Shown: positions 49,056 to 58,895, counted from the stretch's first letter. The stretch is 64,000 nucleotides of DNA from Candidatus Marinacidobacterales bacterium (GCA_965226495.1 OZ245365.1:3267516-3331515), one strand, 5' to 3'. Made by a program: numbers and translations. Notes: generated from the letters alone by a model not told the origin.

Positions 49056-50378
49056 TCACTCCCTTTCAGTCAAGCTCTCAGAGAAGGGCTCCACTCGGAG
49101 AACGAGCCCATCAATCCTTGTCACTTGAACGCGTGCTCCCTGCGCGATCTTGGCCTGCGAGAGCGCATCCCAGTACTCTCCATGAACGAAGATCTTCCCT
49201 CGCCCGTCGATATCTGTGGAAGCGGTTCCTACCAGTCCGATCAAGCCCTGATCTCCTGTCACGGGTTTCCGCTTCATCGAGATGATAACCAATCGAGCAA
49301 GGAACCCAAACACGACGACGAGTGTCACTACCACCGGAAGTATGACGGTCCAGCCTAGCTGGAGCACTGGAGTCGGCACCGTTTGCTCCTTGAAAAGCAT
49401 GAGAGACCCCAGGATCAGCGCCGCGATACCACCCAGTCCGAGAACACCGAAAGCCGGTGTGAAGGCCTCCCCAATGATCAGACCCATCCCTACTAAGAGC
49501 AAGAGTACACCCGCATAATTGACCGGTAACACTTGAAGCGCAAAGAAAGCCAGAATCAACGAGATGACGCCGATGACCCCAGGCAACACCGCCCCGGGGT
49601 TGGCGAGCTCGAAGTACAGGCCCATCATCCCGAGCGCCATGAGAATGTACGCGACATTCGGGTGGGCGATGACGGAAAGAATGCGTTGCGGCCAGCGCAT
49701 CTCGAATGCGACGACGGTTTCGCCCTTGGTGTTGAGTACCACTTCGTCCCCGTCGAAACGGGTCACCGTCTTGCCATCGAGTTGTTCCAGAAGCTCATCC
49801 TCGGTGCCGGCGATGTAATCGATGAGTCCGACCTCGAGCGCTTCGGTCTCGGTCCACGACTGGCTCTCGATGACGCCTTTTTCCGCAAGCTCGACCGGCC
49901 TACCTCGCTTCGCGGCGATAGAACGGATATAGGCGGCGGCATCGGACTCGACTTTCTTGGACATCGTCTCGTCCATCTCTTGACCGCCTCCCGAGACAGG
50001 ATGAGCCGCACCCATGTTGGTGCCGGGCGCCATCGCCGCCACGTCGGCCGAGAGGGCGATGAGAAACCCCGCCGAGGCGGCGCGTGCACCGGATGGAGCC
50101 ACATAGACAACAACCGGAGTCTCGGCGTTCAGGATCTTTTCGATGATCTCCCGCATCGCAGTGTCCAACCCGCCGGGTGTCTTGAGTTGGATCAAGACCA
50201 GCTCCGCACCATCGCGGTCGGCTCGATCGATGCCTTCCGTGATGTACTGGGCGCTGACCCGATGGATAATGTCGTCTACGGTGAGCTTGTAAATGGGGGC
50301 GGACCAAGCCGGTGCCGCCAGGGTCAGCACGACCGAGGCAAGGAACCCTATGGTTAATCTGTAGAAGAGACTCATCAA
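49056..50378 (-). CDS. NfeD-family membrane-bound ClpP-class serine protease
   Basis: LIQLKTPGGLDTAMREII...VVYVAPSGARAASAGFLIALSAD. C-terminal OB-fold. 4-nt spacing to the stomatin gene. Confidence 0.85.
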   Translation of the reverse strand: MMSLFYRLTIGFLASVVLTLAAPAWSAPIYKLTVDDIIHRVSAQYITEGIDRADRDGAELVLIQLKTPGGLDTAMREIIEKILNAETPVVVYVAPSGARAASAGFLIALSADVAAMAPGTNMGAAHPVSGGGQEMDETMSKKVESDAAAYIRSIAAKRGRPVELAEKGVIESQSWTETEALEVGLIDYIAGTEDELLEQLDGKTVTRFDGDEVVLNTKGETVVAFEMRWPQRILSVIAHPNVAYILMALGMMGLYFELANPGAVLPGVIGVISLILAFFALQVLPVNYAGVLLLLVGMGLIIGEAFTPAFGVLGLGGIAALILGSLMLFKEQTVPTPVLQLGWTVILPVVVTLVVVFGFLARLVIISMKRKPVTGDQGLIGLVGTASTDIDGRGKIFVHGEYWDALSQAKIAQGARVQVTRIDGLVLRVEPFSESLTERE

Positions 50379-50453
50379 AAATGGAAGTATACATTGAGGC
50401 TATGACGAGTGTCAAGGCGTTCTATGCGGTAAGTCTATGAAACAGCGGCCCTT

Positions 50454-52541
50454 GTGGTTCTCACCCCTCGAAAGCCTCGACGTTCAACGGGTCTCGCGGC
50501 ACCCGGGGCGAGCGGCTTGAACCCTCGAGCCATAGCGGCGGTGGTCGGTTTTTTCGCCGCACTAACCTTCATTTTTACGATTCCGCTGAGCCTGCATCCC
50601 GCAGGCCGGGCCTTGGATCTAGGAGCCGATACTCGCCTGTTCCTCTGGACTCTGGCCTGGGACGTTCATGGGCTGGTGAGCCAACCCTTGTCGTTGTTTC
50701 AAGCCAACATCTTCTTCCCCACCCCCGACACGCTCGCCTACTCGGAGCACTTGTTGGGAACCGCGATTCTCGCGGCACCGTGGCTCGCGGCGACCGGGAA
50801 TCCTCTGCTTGCGTTGAATGCGGTGCTGCTCATCTCCTGCGTCGGTGCAGGCGCGGGAACTTACTTTCTCGCTCGTCGAGTCGGCGTCGGCGTGGCCGGT
50901 GCCCTGGCCGCCGGCGTCATATTCGCCTTCGCACCACCCCGCTTCTTCCGGCTCGGGCAAGCTCACCTGGCGGTGGTACTTTGGATGCCCCTCTGCTTGG
51001 GTTTCCTACACACATATGCCGCAGGGGGCTCCCGAAAACACCTCTTGGCGGCGGTGGCTTTCTTCACACTTCAAGCGCTCTGCGGAGGACAACCGGGCTT
51101 GTTTCTCGCGTTCGCCGCAGGAGGATTCCTGCTGTACGCGTGGGTCTTTGGCTTACTGCGACCTCGGGGAAGACTTCTCGCCGACTTCGGTCTGGCGGCC
51201 GTACTCGTCATCGCTGTGAACGTGCCTTTCTTCCTCCCCTACCTCCGTGTGCAGGAAGAGTCCGGCCTCAGCCGATCGCTAGACGAAGCACGAGAGTGGT
51301 CCCCCAATGCCGCCAGCTTTCTCGCCGCGCCCACGCACATGCAACGACGCCTACTCTCGATCATTCCGGGACTCGAGCGTCGCATCATGGGTACCGCCCG
51401 GGCATACTTGTTCCCAGGCTTTCTGGCATTGGCTCTCGCACTGGTGTCCCTTCGACGGGTGCAAGAGGGTTCTCCGGTGGCCAAGCGTGCGCCACCACCT
51501 GCGCAGACTGCCCAGGGAGGGCCGGCGCGTTGGCCAGGTTGGCCAGGTTGGGTTGTCGCGCTAGACGCCTTGCTCATCGTGTCCGCTCTCATCACCTTGT
51601 CCCTCGTAATCACAGGAGGGGTTCGATGGCAGGTGGGAGGCGTAACGATCTCGGCCCGCGGTGCCGGGAGAGCGGCGCTCGTCTTGGTCGCCTTGTCGGG
51701 ACTACGCTTGGCGCTCGCCGGTCGAAGCCCGTTCGCATTCCGGGAACTGTATCGACGACTCGTCGCGCGAGTGCGGATAGAGTGTTCATCCCGCGTGGGT
51801 ATTCAAGCCGGCTACTACTTCTTTCTCGCCGTCTTCTCTTTGTGGATCGCCCTCGGGCCCAGCTTCGGCCTATACGCAGCCTTTTACCGACTCGTGCCAG
51901 GCTTCGACTTCATTCGAGTCCCCTCTCGATTCACGTTGCTGACTGTTTTGAGTCTGGCCGTTCTCGCCGGTGTCGGATTGGAGCGACTTCTCGGTAGCGT
52001 ACGCGCGAGTCGACGCCGGCTGCTCGCCCCGGTGACGGTCGCGATTCTGGGCTTTCTGCTTCTGGAATTTGCAGCGTTCCCCCTCGATGCTCCACCCTAC
52101 TCGTTCGCGATCCCGCCCATCGATCGATGGATCGCTCGCGAGGCCCAACGTTCAGGCCCCTTCGCGGTGGTCGAGCTTCCGGTCCCGGATCCGAGAGATA
52201 CCGCCGCCTCCGCACGCTGGCACTCGCTCTACATGTTGCACTCAACCGCGCACTGGCAGAAACTCGTCAACGGCTACAGCGGTTTTACACCACCCACTCA
52301 CGACGCGCTCTTTCGTAAACTCGTCAATTTCCCAGATGAGGCCAGCATTGGTGCGCTCGAACAAATGAGCGTGCGCTACGCGGTCATTCACCGGGATGCG
52401 TTTGACGAGGATGGGTGGCAAGAGGTGAAGGAAAAGCTGGAGGTTTTCGACGGCCGATTGCGACTAGAGGCCGAGGAGGAAAGCGGGCTGGCCTATTCTC
52501 TTACTCGTTCGAAGACGAATCCACCTGATCATGAACCGTGA
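50454..52541 (+). CDS. large polytopic membrane protein, possibly a GT-C-like glycosyltransferase
   Basis: 695 aa. Many TM segments in the N-terminal two thirds. Soluble C-terminal domain. Family not recognised. Confidence 0.45.
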   Translation: MVLTPRKPRRSTGLAAPGASGLNPRAIAAVVGFFAALTFIFTIPLSLHPAGRALDLGADTRLFLWTLAWDVHGLVSQPLSLFQANIFFPTPDTLAYSEHLLGTAILAAPWLAATGNPLLALNAVLLISCVGAGAGTYFLARRVGVGVAGALAAGVIFAFAPPRFFRLGQAHLAVVLWMPLCLGFLHTYAAGGSRKHLLAAVAFFTLQALCGGQPGLFLAFAAGGFLLYAWVFGLLRPRGRLLADFGLAAVLVIAVNVPFFLPYLRVQEESGLSRSLDEAREWSPNAASFLAAPTHMQRRLLSIIPGLERRIMGTARAYLFPGFLALALALVSLRRVQEGSPVAKRAPPPAQTAQGGPARWPGWPGWVVALDALLIVSALITLSLVITGGVRWQVGGVTISARGAGRAALVLVALSGLRLALAGRSPFAFRELYRRLVARVRIECSSRVGIQAGYYFFLAVFSLWIALGPSFGLYAAFYRLVPGFDFIRVPSRFTLLTVLSLAVLAGVGLERLLGSVRASRRRLLAPVTVAILGFLLLEFAAFPLDAPPYSFAIPPIDRWIAREAQRSGPFAVVELPVPDPRDTAASARWHSLYMLHSTAHWQKLVNGYSGFTPPTHDALFRKLVNFPDEASIGALEQMSVRYAVIHRDAFDEDGWQEVKEKLEVFDGRLRLEAEEESGLAYSLTRSKTNPPDHEP

Positions 52542-53004
52542 GGAGCTTCGTGATCTCGAAGGATTTGGCACCGGCGGGAGTTTGGACGGTGACTTCATCG
52601 CCCTCTTGTTTGCCTAACAGTCCTTTTCCAATGGGTGAGGTCGTGGAGATGAACCCACGCTGCACGTCGGCCTCTTCGCTCATCACCAGTCGGTACACGA
52701 CGTTTGCTTTTTTCTCGATCTCGTAGAGATGGACTTCCGAGCCTAACGAGACCCGATCCCGTGGAATCTTGCTCATGTCGATCATAGACAGCTCGCCCAG
52801 TCGCTTGCGAAGTTGGCCGAGTCGCGCGTTGACGTAGCCTTGGCGCTCCTTGGCGGCGTCGTATTCGGCGTTTTCGGAAAGGTCGCCGTGCTCGCGAGCG
52901 ATCTTGAGCTCCCTGGGAAGCTGGACGTGGAGCTCTTCTTCGAGCGCCTTGATCTCTTCTTTGAGTTTCTCGAGAAAATCTTGTTCCATGGCCGGGTCGC
53001 CCAT
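52501..53004 (-). CDS. greA: transcription elongation factor GreA
   Basis: Coiled-coil N-domain and a C-terminal FKBP-like domain matching GreA. Converges on and overlaps the 3' end of the membrane-protein gene. Confidence 0.85.
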   Translation of the reverse strand: MGDPAMEQDFLEKLKEEIKALEEELHVQLPRELKIAREHGDLSENAEYDAAKERQGYVNARLGQLRKRLGELSMIDMSKIPRDRVSLGSEVHLYEIEKKANVVYRLVMSEEADVQRGFISTTSPIGKGLLGKQEGDEVTVQTPAGAKSFEITKLLTVHDQVDSSSNE

Positions 53005-53044
53005 GTTAACACATCGCGGAACGCCAATCCCGCCCCGTGGTAGC

Positions 53045-53860
53045 ATGGCGGGCAGGTCGCGCAACATGAAAACCCTGGCCAGCCCGGAAAACCCGCTCAT
53101 CAAGACGATACGCCGCCTTCGGCAACGGCCCCACCATCGCGGGGAGGACCGATTCATGCTCGAAGGCGTCAAGCTGGCGAACGAAGCGCTCTCCTCCGGT
53201 ACCGAGGTCCTGCACGCCATTCTGTCCGCCGACTTCAGCGACAGCTCGAGTGGACGCAAGCTTGTCCGCCGGCTGGAAGCTTCGGGGGTGCCCTCGGTCT
53301 CGGTAGACGAAAGCCTTTTCCGGCGCTGCAGCAGCTTGGAAGCGCCGGAGGGCGTGTTGCTCCTAGCAAAACGAGACCCACGACCGCTCCAGGAACTTTC
53401 TGGCGATCTGATCGTGGTCAGCACGGGGGTGCAAGACCCGGGCAACCTGGGGGCCATCGCGCGAGCGGCCGAGGCGGCCGGCGCATCGGCGCTCGTCGCC
53501 TGTCGTGGCAGTGCCTACCCTTTTCATCCCAAAGCGGTCAGAGGGTCGATGGGTAGCTTGCTGCGACTCCCCGTTTTCGATGGCGGCGATGCGGACACCG
53601 CAGTCGTCGCCCTCAAACAGAAAGGCCTCTCACTAGCGGCTTGCGTCCCTCGTGGGGGATCGGACTTCCGAAGCGTCGATCTGAAAAAGGATTTGGCTTT
53701 GATGCTGGGAAGTGAAAGCGGCGGTTTGCCCGAAGAATTAGTACAAGTGTCGGACCTGCGCCTATCGGTGCCTATGAAAGATGGTGTGGATTCGCTCAAC
53801 GTGGCGGTGGTTGCGGGGCTCGTACTCTACGAAGCGGCACGCCAGCGAGGAGTCATATAA
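53045..53860 (+). CDS. TrmH/SpoU-family RNA 2'-O-methyltransferase
   Basis: SPOUT motifs LIVVSTGVQDPGNLGAIARAAEAAGASALV and LMLGSESGGLPEEL...PMKDGVDSLNVAVVAGLVLYE. Confidence 0.8.
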   Translation: MAGRSRNMKTLASPENPLIKTIRRLRQRPHHRGEDRFMLEGVKLANEALSSGTEVLHAILSADFSDSSSGRKLVRRLEASGVPSVSVDESLFRRCSSLEAPEGVLLLAKRDPRPLQELSGDLIVVSTGVQDPGNLGAIARAAEAAGASALVACRGSAYPFHPKAVRGSMGSLLRLPVFDGGDADTAVVALKQKGLSLAACVPRGGSDFRSVDLKKDLALMLGSESGGLPEELVQVSDLRLSVPMKDGVDSLNVAVVAGLVLYEAARQRGVI

Positions 53861-53862
53861 CC

Positions 53863-55212
53863 GTGAGTCAGCCCGGACTCTTCGCCGATCCGAAAGACAA
53901 ACACCCTAAGTCTTTCGATGCCCATACGCCGCTCGCGGAGCGTATGCGCCCTCGAGACCTCGACGAGATATTGGGGCAGGAGGAAATCGTGGGGCCCGGG
54001 GCTCCCCTTCGCGCCGCGATCGACAATGACACGGTGGGTTCGTTGCTCTTGTGGGGTCCCCCTGGCTCTGGAAAAACCACCTTGGCTCGTGTCGTTGCTC
54101 ATCGCACCAAGGCCTACTTCGTCCCCTACTCGGCCGTACTTTCCGGGATCAAAGAGATTCGAACCGTCATGCAGGACGCGGAACGCCAAAGGAGACTCCA
54201 CGGTAAGAAAACAATCTTGTTCGTTGACGAGATTCATCGCTTCAACAAAGCACAGCAGGACGCCTTCCTCCCACACGTCGAGTCCGGTAACGTCATCTTG
54301 ATCGGAGCGACCACCGAAAATCCCTCGTTCGAAGTGAACGCGGCGCTATTGTCCCGCTGCCGTGTCGTGATCCTGCGACAACTGGAGCCCAAGGATCTCG
54401 TAGAAGTGATGCGACGAGCCCTAGCCGACAAGGAAAGGGGTTTTGGTGCTCGTGAGATCGAGGTCGAACCCGACGCGCTCGGCTGGCTAGCGCGGCAGGC
54501 GAACGGGGATGGCCGGTTCGTACTCAACGTGCTCGAAGTAGCGGTTGCCGCAAAACCTAAGGGAACGATCTTGCTCGGGGATCTCGGGAGGGTCGTCCAG
54601 CGAAAAGCGCTGCTCTACGACAAGAGCGGCGAGGAGCATTTCAACATCATCTCGGCGCTTCACAAATCGCTCCGCAATTCTGATCCGGACGCCGGGCTCT
54701 ACTGGCTGGCTCGCATGCTGGAGGCCGGCGAAGATCCTCTTTATGTGGCGCGCCGGTTGGTTCGTTTCGCCTCTGAGGATGTGGGGCTCGCGGATCCCCA
54801 GGCGCTCTCGGTGGCAATGGCGGCGAAGGAAGCGTTTCATTTCATCGGACCACCGGAGGGGAAATTGGCCCTGGCACAAACCGTCGTCTACTTGGCGACC
54901 GCACCCAAGTCCAACGCTATCTACCGTGCATATGGAGAGGCCGCCGATGACGCGCTCAAGGAAGCCACCGAGCCGGTTCCGTTGCAGTTGCGCAACCCGG
55001 TGACGAAACCAATGAAGAGTTGGGGCTACGGTCGAGGCTACCAGTACGCGCACGACTTCGAGGAGAAAACGACCGACATGGAGTGCTTGCCGGAAAGTCT
55101 AGCCGGCAAGGTCTACTACCATCCGAGCGATGAAGGCTTCGAGGGAGATTTGCGGGAGCGTATCAAAACCGTACAGAAAAAAAGAAAGAAACTGAAAAAG
55201 GAATCGCAGTAA
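53863..55212 (+). CDS. rarA: replication-associated recombination protein A (AAA+ ATPase)
   Basis: LLLWGPPGSGKTTLARVVA Walker A. FVDEIHRFNKAQQDAFLPHVE. C-terminal MgsA domain. Confidence 0.9.
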   Translation: MSQPGLFADPKDKHPKSFDAHTPLAERMRPRDLDEILGQEEIVGPGAPLRAAIDNDTVGSLLLWGPPGSGKTTLARVVAHRTKAYFVPYSAVLSGIKEIRTVMQDAERQRRLHGKKTILFVDEIHRFNKAQQDAFLPHVESGNVILIGATTENPSFEVNAALLSRCRVVILRQLEPKDLVEVMRRALADKERGFGAREIEVEPDALGWLARQANGDGRFVLNVLEVAVAAKPKGTILLGDLGRVVQRKALLYDKSGEEHFNIISALHKSLRNSDPDAGLYWLARMLEAGEDPLYVARRLVRFASEDVGLADPQALSVAMAAKEAFHFIGPPEGKLALAQTVVYLATAPKSNAIYRAYGEAADDALKEATEPVPLQLRNPVTKPMKSWGYGRGYQYAHDFEEKTTDMECLPESLAGKVYYHPSDEGFEGDLRERIKTVQKKRKKLKKESQ

Positions 55213-55288
55213 TTTCCGCGACGGCGCACTTGATTTCGAGCGTCGTTCCAGTTACACACTCGTCCCATTCGAGAGACGGAGGGCCTTT

Positions 55289-55900
55289 ATGAAGAGATTC
55301 GGTAAATCAAACCTCGCCATCGCGATCGCCGCGCTGGCCGTAATCCTGACAGTTGCGAGTGCCGAGGCTCAAGGGTTACTCAAGGTCGGCGACAAGGCGC
55401 CCGACTTTCCGAACCCATTACCCTCGACCGCAGGAGAAAAACCGGCCGAGACCAAGATTCAGATGTCCGACTTCCTCGGGAAAAAGAACATCGTTCTCGC
55501 TTTTTACGTTGCTGACTGGACCGGTGGGTGAACGCTGCAATTCTCGTCCTACAAGGACGACATCCGGAAGTTTCTGGATGCGAACGCCCAAGTCCTGGGA
55601 GTCAGCACCGACTCCCCGTTCTCTCAAGCAAAATGGTTGGAAAGCGTGGGGTTCACGAGCAAGGACACACGTGTAACGTCGTCCGGCGACTCACTGCCCG
55701 GACTGATCCTGCTTTCCGATCGAAATGCGGATCTCGTCAAGGCCTATGCCGTGGACACTTATGATATTGATGGCGGTGTTTATGCGAAGCGAGCGACGTT
55801 CGTCATCGACAAAAAGGGGATCCTTCGCTACGTGAACTACGAGTATAAGGTCAAGGAAGACTACGAGCCTCTAATGAAGGTCCTGGCGGAGCTCGATTAG
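55289..55900 (+). CDS. BCP/PrxQ-type peroxiredoxin with in-frame UGA (putative selenocysteine) at the peroxidatic position; secreted
   Basis: One reading frame is continuous from 55289 to 55900 except for a TGA at 55529..55531. Context FYVADWTGG-U-TLQF aligns with the PrxQ motif FYPKDFTPG-C-TTE. Downstream VLGVSTDSPFSQAKW and thioredoxin-fold blocks are in the same frame. Confidence 0.6.
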
Positions 55901-55918
55901 GCGACCTCGGAAAAAACG

Positions 55919-56647
55919 GTGGAAGTACCCAAGGAGGTGCGCCTCATCCGCCTCGAGTGCGGTAAGGCCAACGCCATCGACCTACGTCTGCTAGAGACGC
56001 TGAAGGATGGGCTCGAGGCTGCCCGCGCCGATGGTGTACGAGCGGTGGTTCTCACCGGCTACGATCAGTTTTTCTCCGCCGGACTCAATTTGAAGAGCCT
56101 CCCCGACTCGCGCGAGGGGATGACCGACTTCGTCGAAAAGTTCGAGGGCGGGCTGCGTCATTTGCTCACTTTCCCGCTTCCGGTGGTCGCGGCTATCAAT
56201 GGCCATGCTATCGCCGGGGGATGCGTCTTCGCTTCGGCGTGTGATCTGCGCCTCGCAGCCGAAGGCTCCTACAAAATCGGTTTGTCGGAAGTGGATGTGG
56301 GACTTCCTTTCCCTGGCTTGGCTCTCGCCGTTATGAAAAGTGCGATTTCCAACCGCTGGTTGACCGATTTAGTCTTGGGCGCTCGTTTGGTGAGCCCCCG
56401 CGAAGCAACCGAGGTCGGCATTGTGCACGCCGTCATCCCGCCCGAGGGGTTGCTCGATGAGGCGATCGCCCGGGCGCTACGATTAGGGGCGAAACCGCAG
56501 CCCGCCTTTCGGTTGACGAAGGAGGCAATGCACCGAGACTCGATCGAGCGAGTCGAGGCGGTCGCGGGCGAGACGCAAAAGCATTTCCTCGATTGCTGGT
56601 TTTCGGAAGCAGTGCGAGAGCGGCGGGCGGAACTCTTGAAACGCTAA
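55919..56647 (+). CDS. enoyl-CoA hydratase/isomerase (crotonase) family protein
   Basis: AAINGHAIAGGCVFASACDLRLAAE oxyanion-hole segment. Confidence 0.85.
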   Translation: MEVPKEVRLIRLECGKANAIDLRLLETLKDGLEAARADGVRAVVLTGYDQFFSAGLNLKSLPDSREGMTDFVEKFEGGLRHLLTFPLPVVAAINGHAIAGGCVFASACDLRLAAEGSYKIGLSEVDVGLPFPGLALAVMKSAISNRWLTDLVLGARLVSPREATEVGIVHAVIPPEGLLDEAIARALRLGAKPQPAFRLTKEAMHRDSIERVEAVAGETQKHFLDCWFSEAVRERRAELLKR

Positions 56648-56666
56648 ACGAGTTTGGGCTTGCTGC

Positions 56667-57242
56667 CTATTCCAATTTTTCACCGAGTCGGTCGAGCTCT
56701 GGCTGCAGTTCCTCGAGCATTTCCTGAAACGGGGTACGGTTGGCCGCTCCTCCCACCGGGGCGGGGACCATGTCGAAGGCGGCGGTCGTTAGTAGGCCCT
56801 TCAACTGCGAGCGCACCGCGTCGGGGAGTCCGGTGAACTGAACTCCGTGAAGCACCGCACCCACCACCGGATCCTGCGAGCCTTCTGCCTCGCCGCTCCA
56901 GACGATGTGCCCTTTGGTCTCGAAGACGCCGAGCCGGTCGAGGCTGACCTTGAGATCGACTCTCCAACCCTTTTTCAGCAGCAGATCCGTAATAAAGCAG
57001 GCGCCCGACTCAGAGAGATCGCGGACGACCCCACAGCCAAGGGGAAAGCCGTCTTCATTGACGGCGACAGTGACAGAGTGGTTCGGGACGAATCGCCTTG
57101 CGGCGCGAGGGGGGCTCTCCTCGATCTTCGAGCTCAGGATCTCATTGAGTTTTGAGACCTCGGAAAACGTATCGAATATGGTGTTGCGACGGCAGCGGCG
57201 GTTGCGCTTTCGCCACGTTGAAACCCGTTTAAGTCGTCGCAT
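56667..57242 (-). CDS. PilZ-domain protein
   Basis: GCGVVRDLSESGACFITD...VDLKVSL PilZ pattern. Basic N-terminal tail. Confidence 0.6.
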   Translation of the reverse strand: MRRLKRVSTWRKRNRRCRRNTIFDTFSEVSKLNEILSSKIEESPPRAARRFVPNHSVTVAVNEDGFPLGCGVVRDLSESGACFITDLLLKKGWRVDLKVSLDRLGVFETKGHIVWSGEAEGSQDPVVGAVLHGVQFTGLPDAVRSQLKGLLTTAAFDMVPAPVGGAANRTPFQEMLEELQPELDRLGEKLE

Positions 57243-57497
57243 CGTCCAGAGTTACTGAAGGGGGAAATTACGGTATTCCAACCCGTCCGGGAAGTCAAGC
57301 TGTGTTCCTGGCCATGTATCCCCCCTTATTTGCGGCCCCCCGGAGGTACCACCCATTTGCCACCCATTTGGAGGACAGCTGGACGGGGCCACCGTTTTGG
57401 GATACATATCCTGCCGCACACCGCTAAAAGGGTGTGCATAGAAAACAAACATTCCGCTAATCACCAATTAATCATCAATTCCAAAGGAGAACAGAAG

Positions 57498-58397
57498 ATG
57501 CTCCGCGACCCATTACTCCTCTGCACTTTGTTGGTCCTGGGTTTCGCTCTCAATAAAGGTCGGCCGGCCCGCGCACAGGTCATCAGTCTGAAGGAAGCGA
57601 TCAACCTGCCCAAACCCCCGCCCGACCATCGGATCCCATACGGGGATGATCGGAATCAATTCGGAGACCTACGACTACCAGAGGGAGATGGGCCATTTCC
57701 CGTGGTCATTGCTATTCATGGTGGTTGCTACCAAGCAAAGTACGATCTCACTTTGCTCAGTAGCTTTTCTGCAGATCTTACAGCGGCGGGCTTTGCAACT
57801 TGGAATCTCGAGTATCGCCGCGTCGGAAACGAGGGTGGCGGATGGCCGGGTACCTTCGAAGACATCGCTCGCGGATCGGACTATCTCCGGGTCGTGGCGC
57901 AAAACTACCCGATAGATTTAACCCGCGTGGTGGCCGTTGGTCACTCTGCGGGCGGGCACTTTGTCGCGTGGTTGGCCGCTCGATCGCGTCTCCCCAATGA
58001 CAGCGTTCTCTATTCGGAAGATCCAATCTCCCTTCTAGGCGTTGTGCCGCTCGCGGGTGTCATGGACTCGCGTGCTGACCTCGAGGGTGGCGTCTGCGAG
58101 AAGGTAACGCCCAAGATGCTCGGCGGCCTACCCTCCGAAGTTCCCGATCACTACGCCCAAGCCTCCGCAATCGAGCTCCTGCCGATCGGCATACCGGTAC
58201 GGTCGATCATCGGAGACCAGGACGGTCCCGTACTGATTGACATGGTCAAGCGCTACGACGAGAAGGCAAGGGCAGCGGGCGACGATTCCGAGCTATCTAT
58301 GGTCGAAGGAGCAGGGCATTTCGAGCTGACCACGCCTGATAGCTTCGCGTGGGAGCTCGTGAAGGAAACCGTGCTTTCGCTCTTCGAGCCGAAATAA
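57498..58397 (+). CDS. secreted alpha/beta-hydrolase-fold esterase/lipase
   Basis: HGGC oxyanion motif (VVIAIHGGCY). GHSAGGH nucleophile elbow. Signal peptide. AAGGAG SD 7 nt upstream. Confidence 0.8.
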   Translation: MLRDPLLLCTLLVLGFALNKGRPARAQVISLKEAINLPKPPPDHRIPYGDDRNQFGDLRLPEGDGPFPVVIAIHGGCYQAKYDLTLLSSFSADLTAAGFATWNLEYRRVGNEGGGWPGTFEDIARGSDYLRVVAQNYPIDLTRVVAVGHSAGGHFVAWLAARSRLPNDSVLYSEDPISLLGVVPLAGVMDSRADLEGGVCEKVTPKMLGGLPSEVPDHYAQASAIELLPIGIPVRSIIGDQDGPVLIDMVKRYDEKARAAGDDSELSMVEGAGHFELTTPDSFAWELVKETVLSLFEPK

Positions 58398-58421
58398 ATC
58401 GCGGGCTGAGGGCGTCGAGTT

Positions 58422-58670
58422 TTATTGGGTTGCGGGAGGCCCGATCAACCGTCGGACGAAGGACTCTGCCCGATCGAGCGCCTCTTTGGAAACGGGACCG
58501 TGAAACTCGAGACCCAGAAACGGTCCCGCTCCCTCGACGGTGACAGTCCAATCCCCACCATGGCTCACCGCGACCAGGGCGATCTCGCCGTCCGGAACCC
58601 GCAAGGTCCTCAAGACGCTCAGACCATCCTCAAGAACTTTTTCGCTCGAGTACACATCGGGAGTCGACAT
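58422..58670 (-). CDS. hypothetical small protein (82 aa) downstream of the STAND gene
   Basis: Same strand as the STAND NTPase, 225 nt downstream of it. No recognisable motif. Confidence 0.3.
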   Translation of the reverse strand: MSTPDVYSSEKVLEDGLSVLRTLRVPDGEIALVAVSHGGDWTVTVEGAGPFLGLEFHGPVSKEALDRAESFVRRLIGPPATQ

Positions 58671-58895
58671 TTTTCGCCTCCTCTCGTACCAGCCTTCCTG
58701 GCACTCCTAGCTCCAAAGGTAGCAAGAACCGTTCCCGATGCTAATTCGTTGATTCTAAACACGCAGGCATCTGGAGGCTGCCATTGTTTGACGCCCCGAC
58801 CTCCCAAAATGTGTGAACCTTGTGACGCGTGATAAGGAATCCGCGTGCGGGGGATCACAATCGATCAAATAGGTGTACCTAGTGGCGGCGGGACA

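Noticed and set aside
52850-53457. Long overlapping ORFs 52501..53457 (-) and 52850..53860 (+) taken at full length
   Set aside because: Only the 3' 168 codons of the minus ORF match GreA. On the plus ORF, the TrmH homology starts at the first in-frame Met, around 53045. The remainders are overlapping-frame artefacts.
55532-55640. Treating 55289..55531 and 55637..55900 as two separate genes (signal peptide stub plus C-terminal fragment)
   Set aside because: Both are in the same frame with no other stop between them. Together they make a complete PrxQ fold interrupted only by UGA at the catalytic Cys. A Sec read-through or a single nonsense mutation explains it better than two genes.
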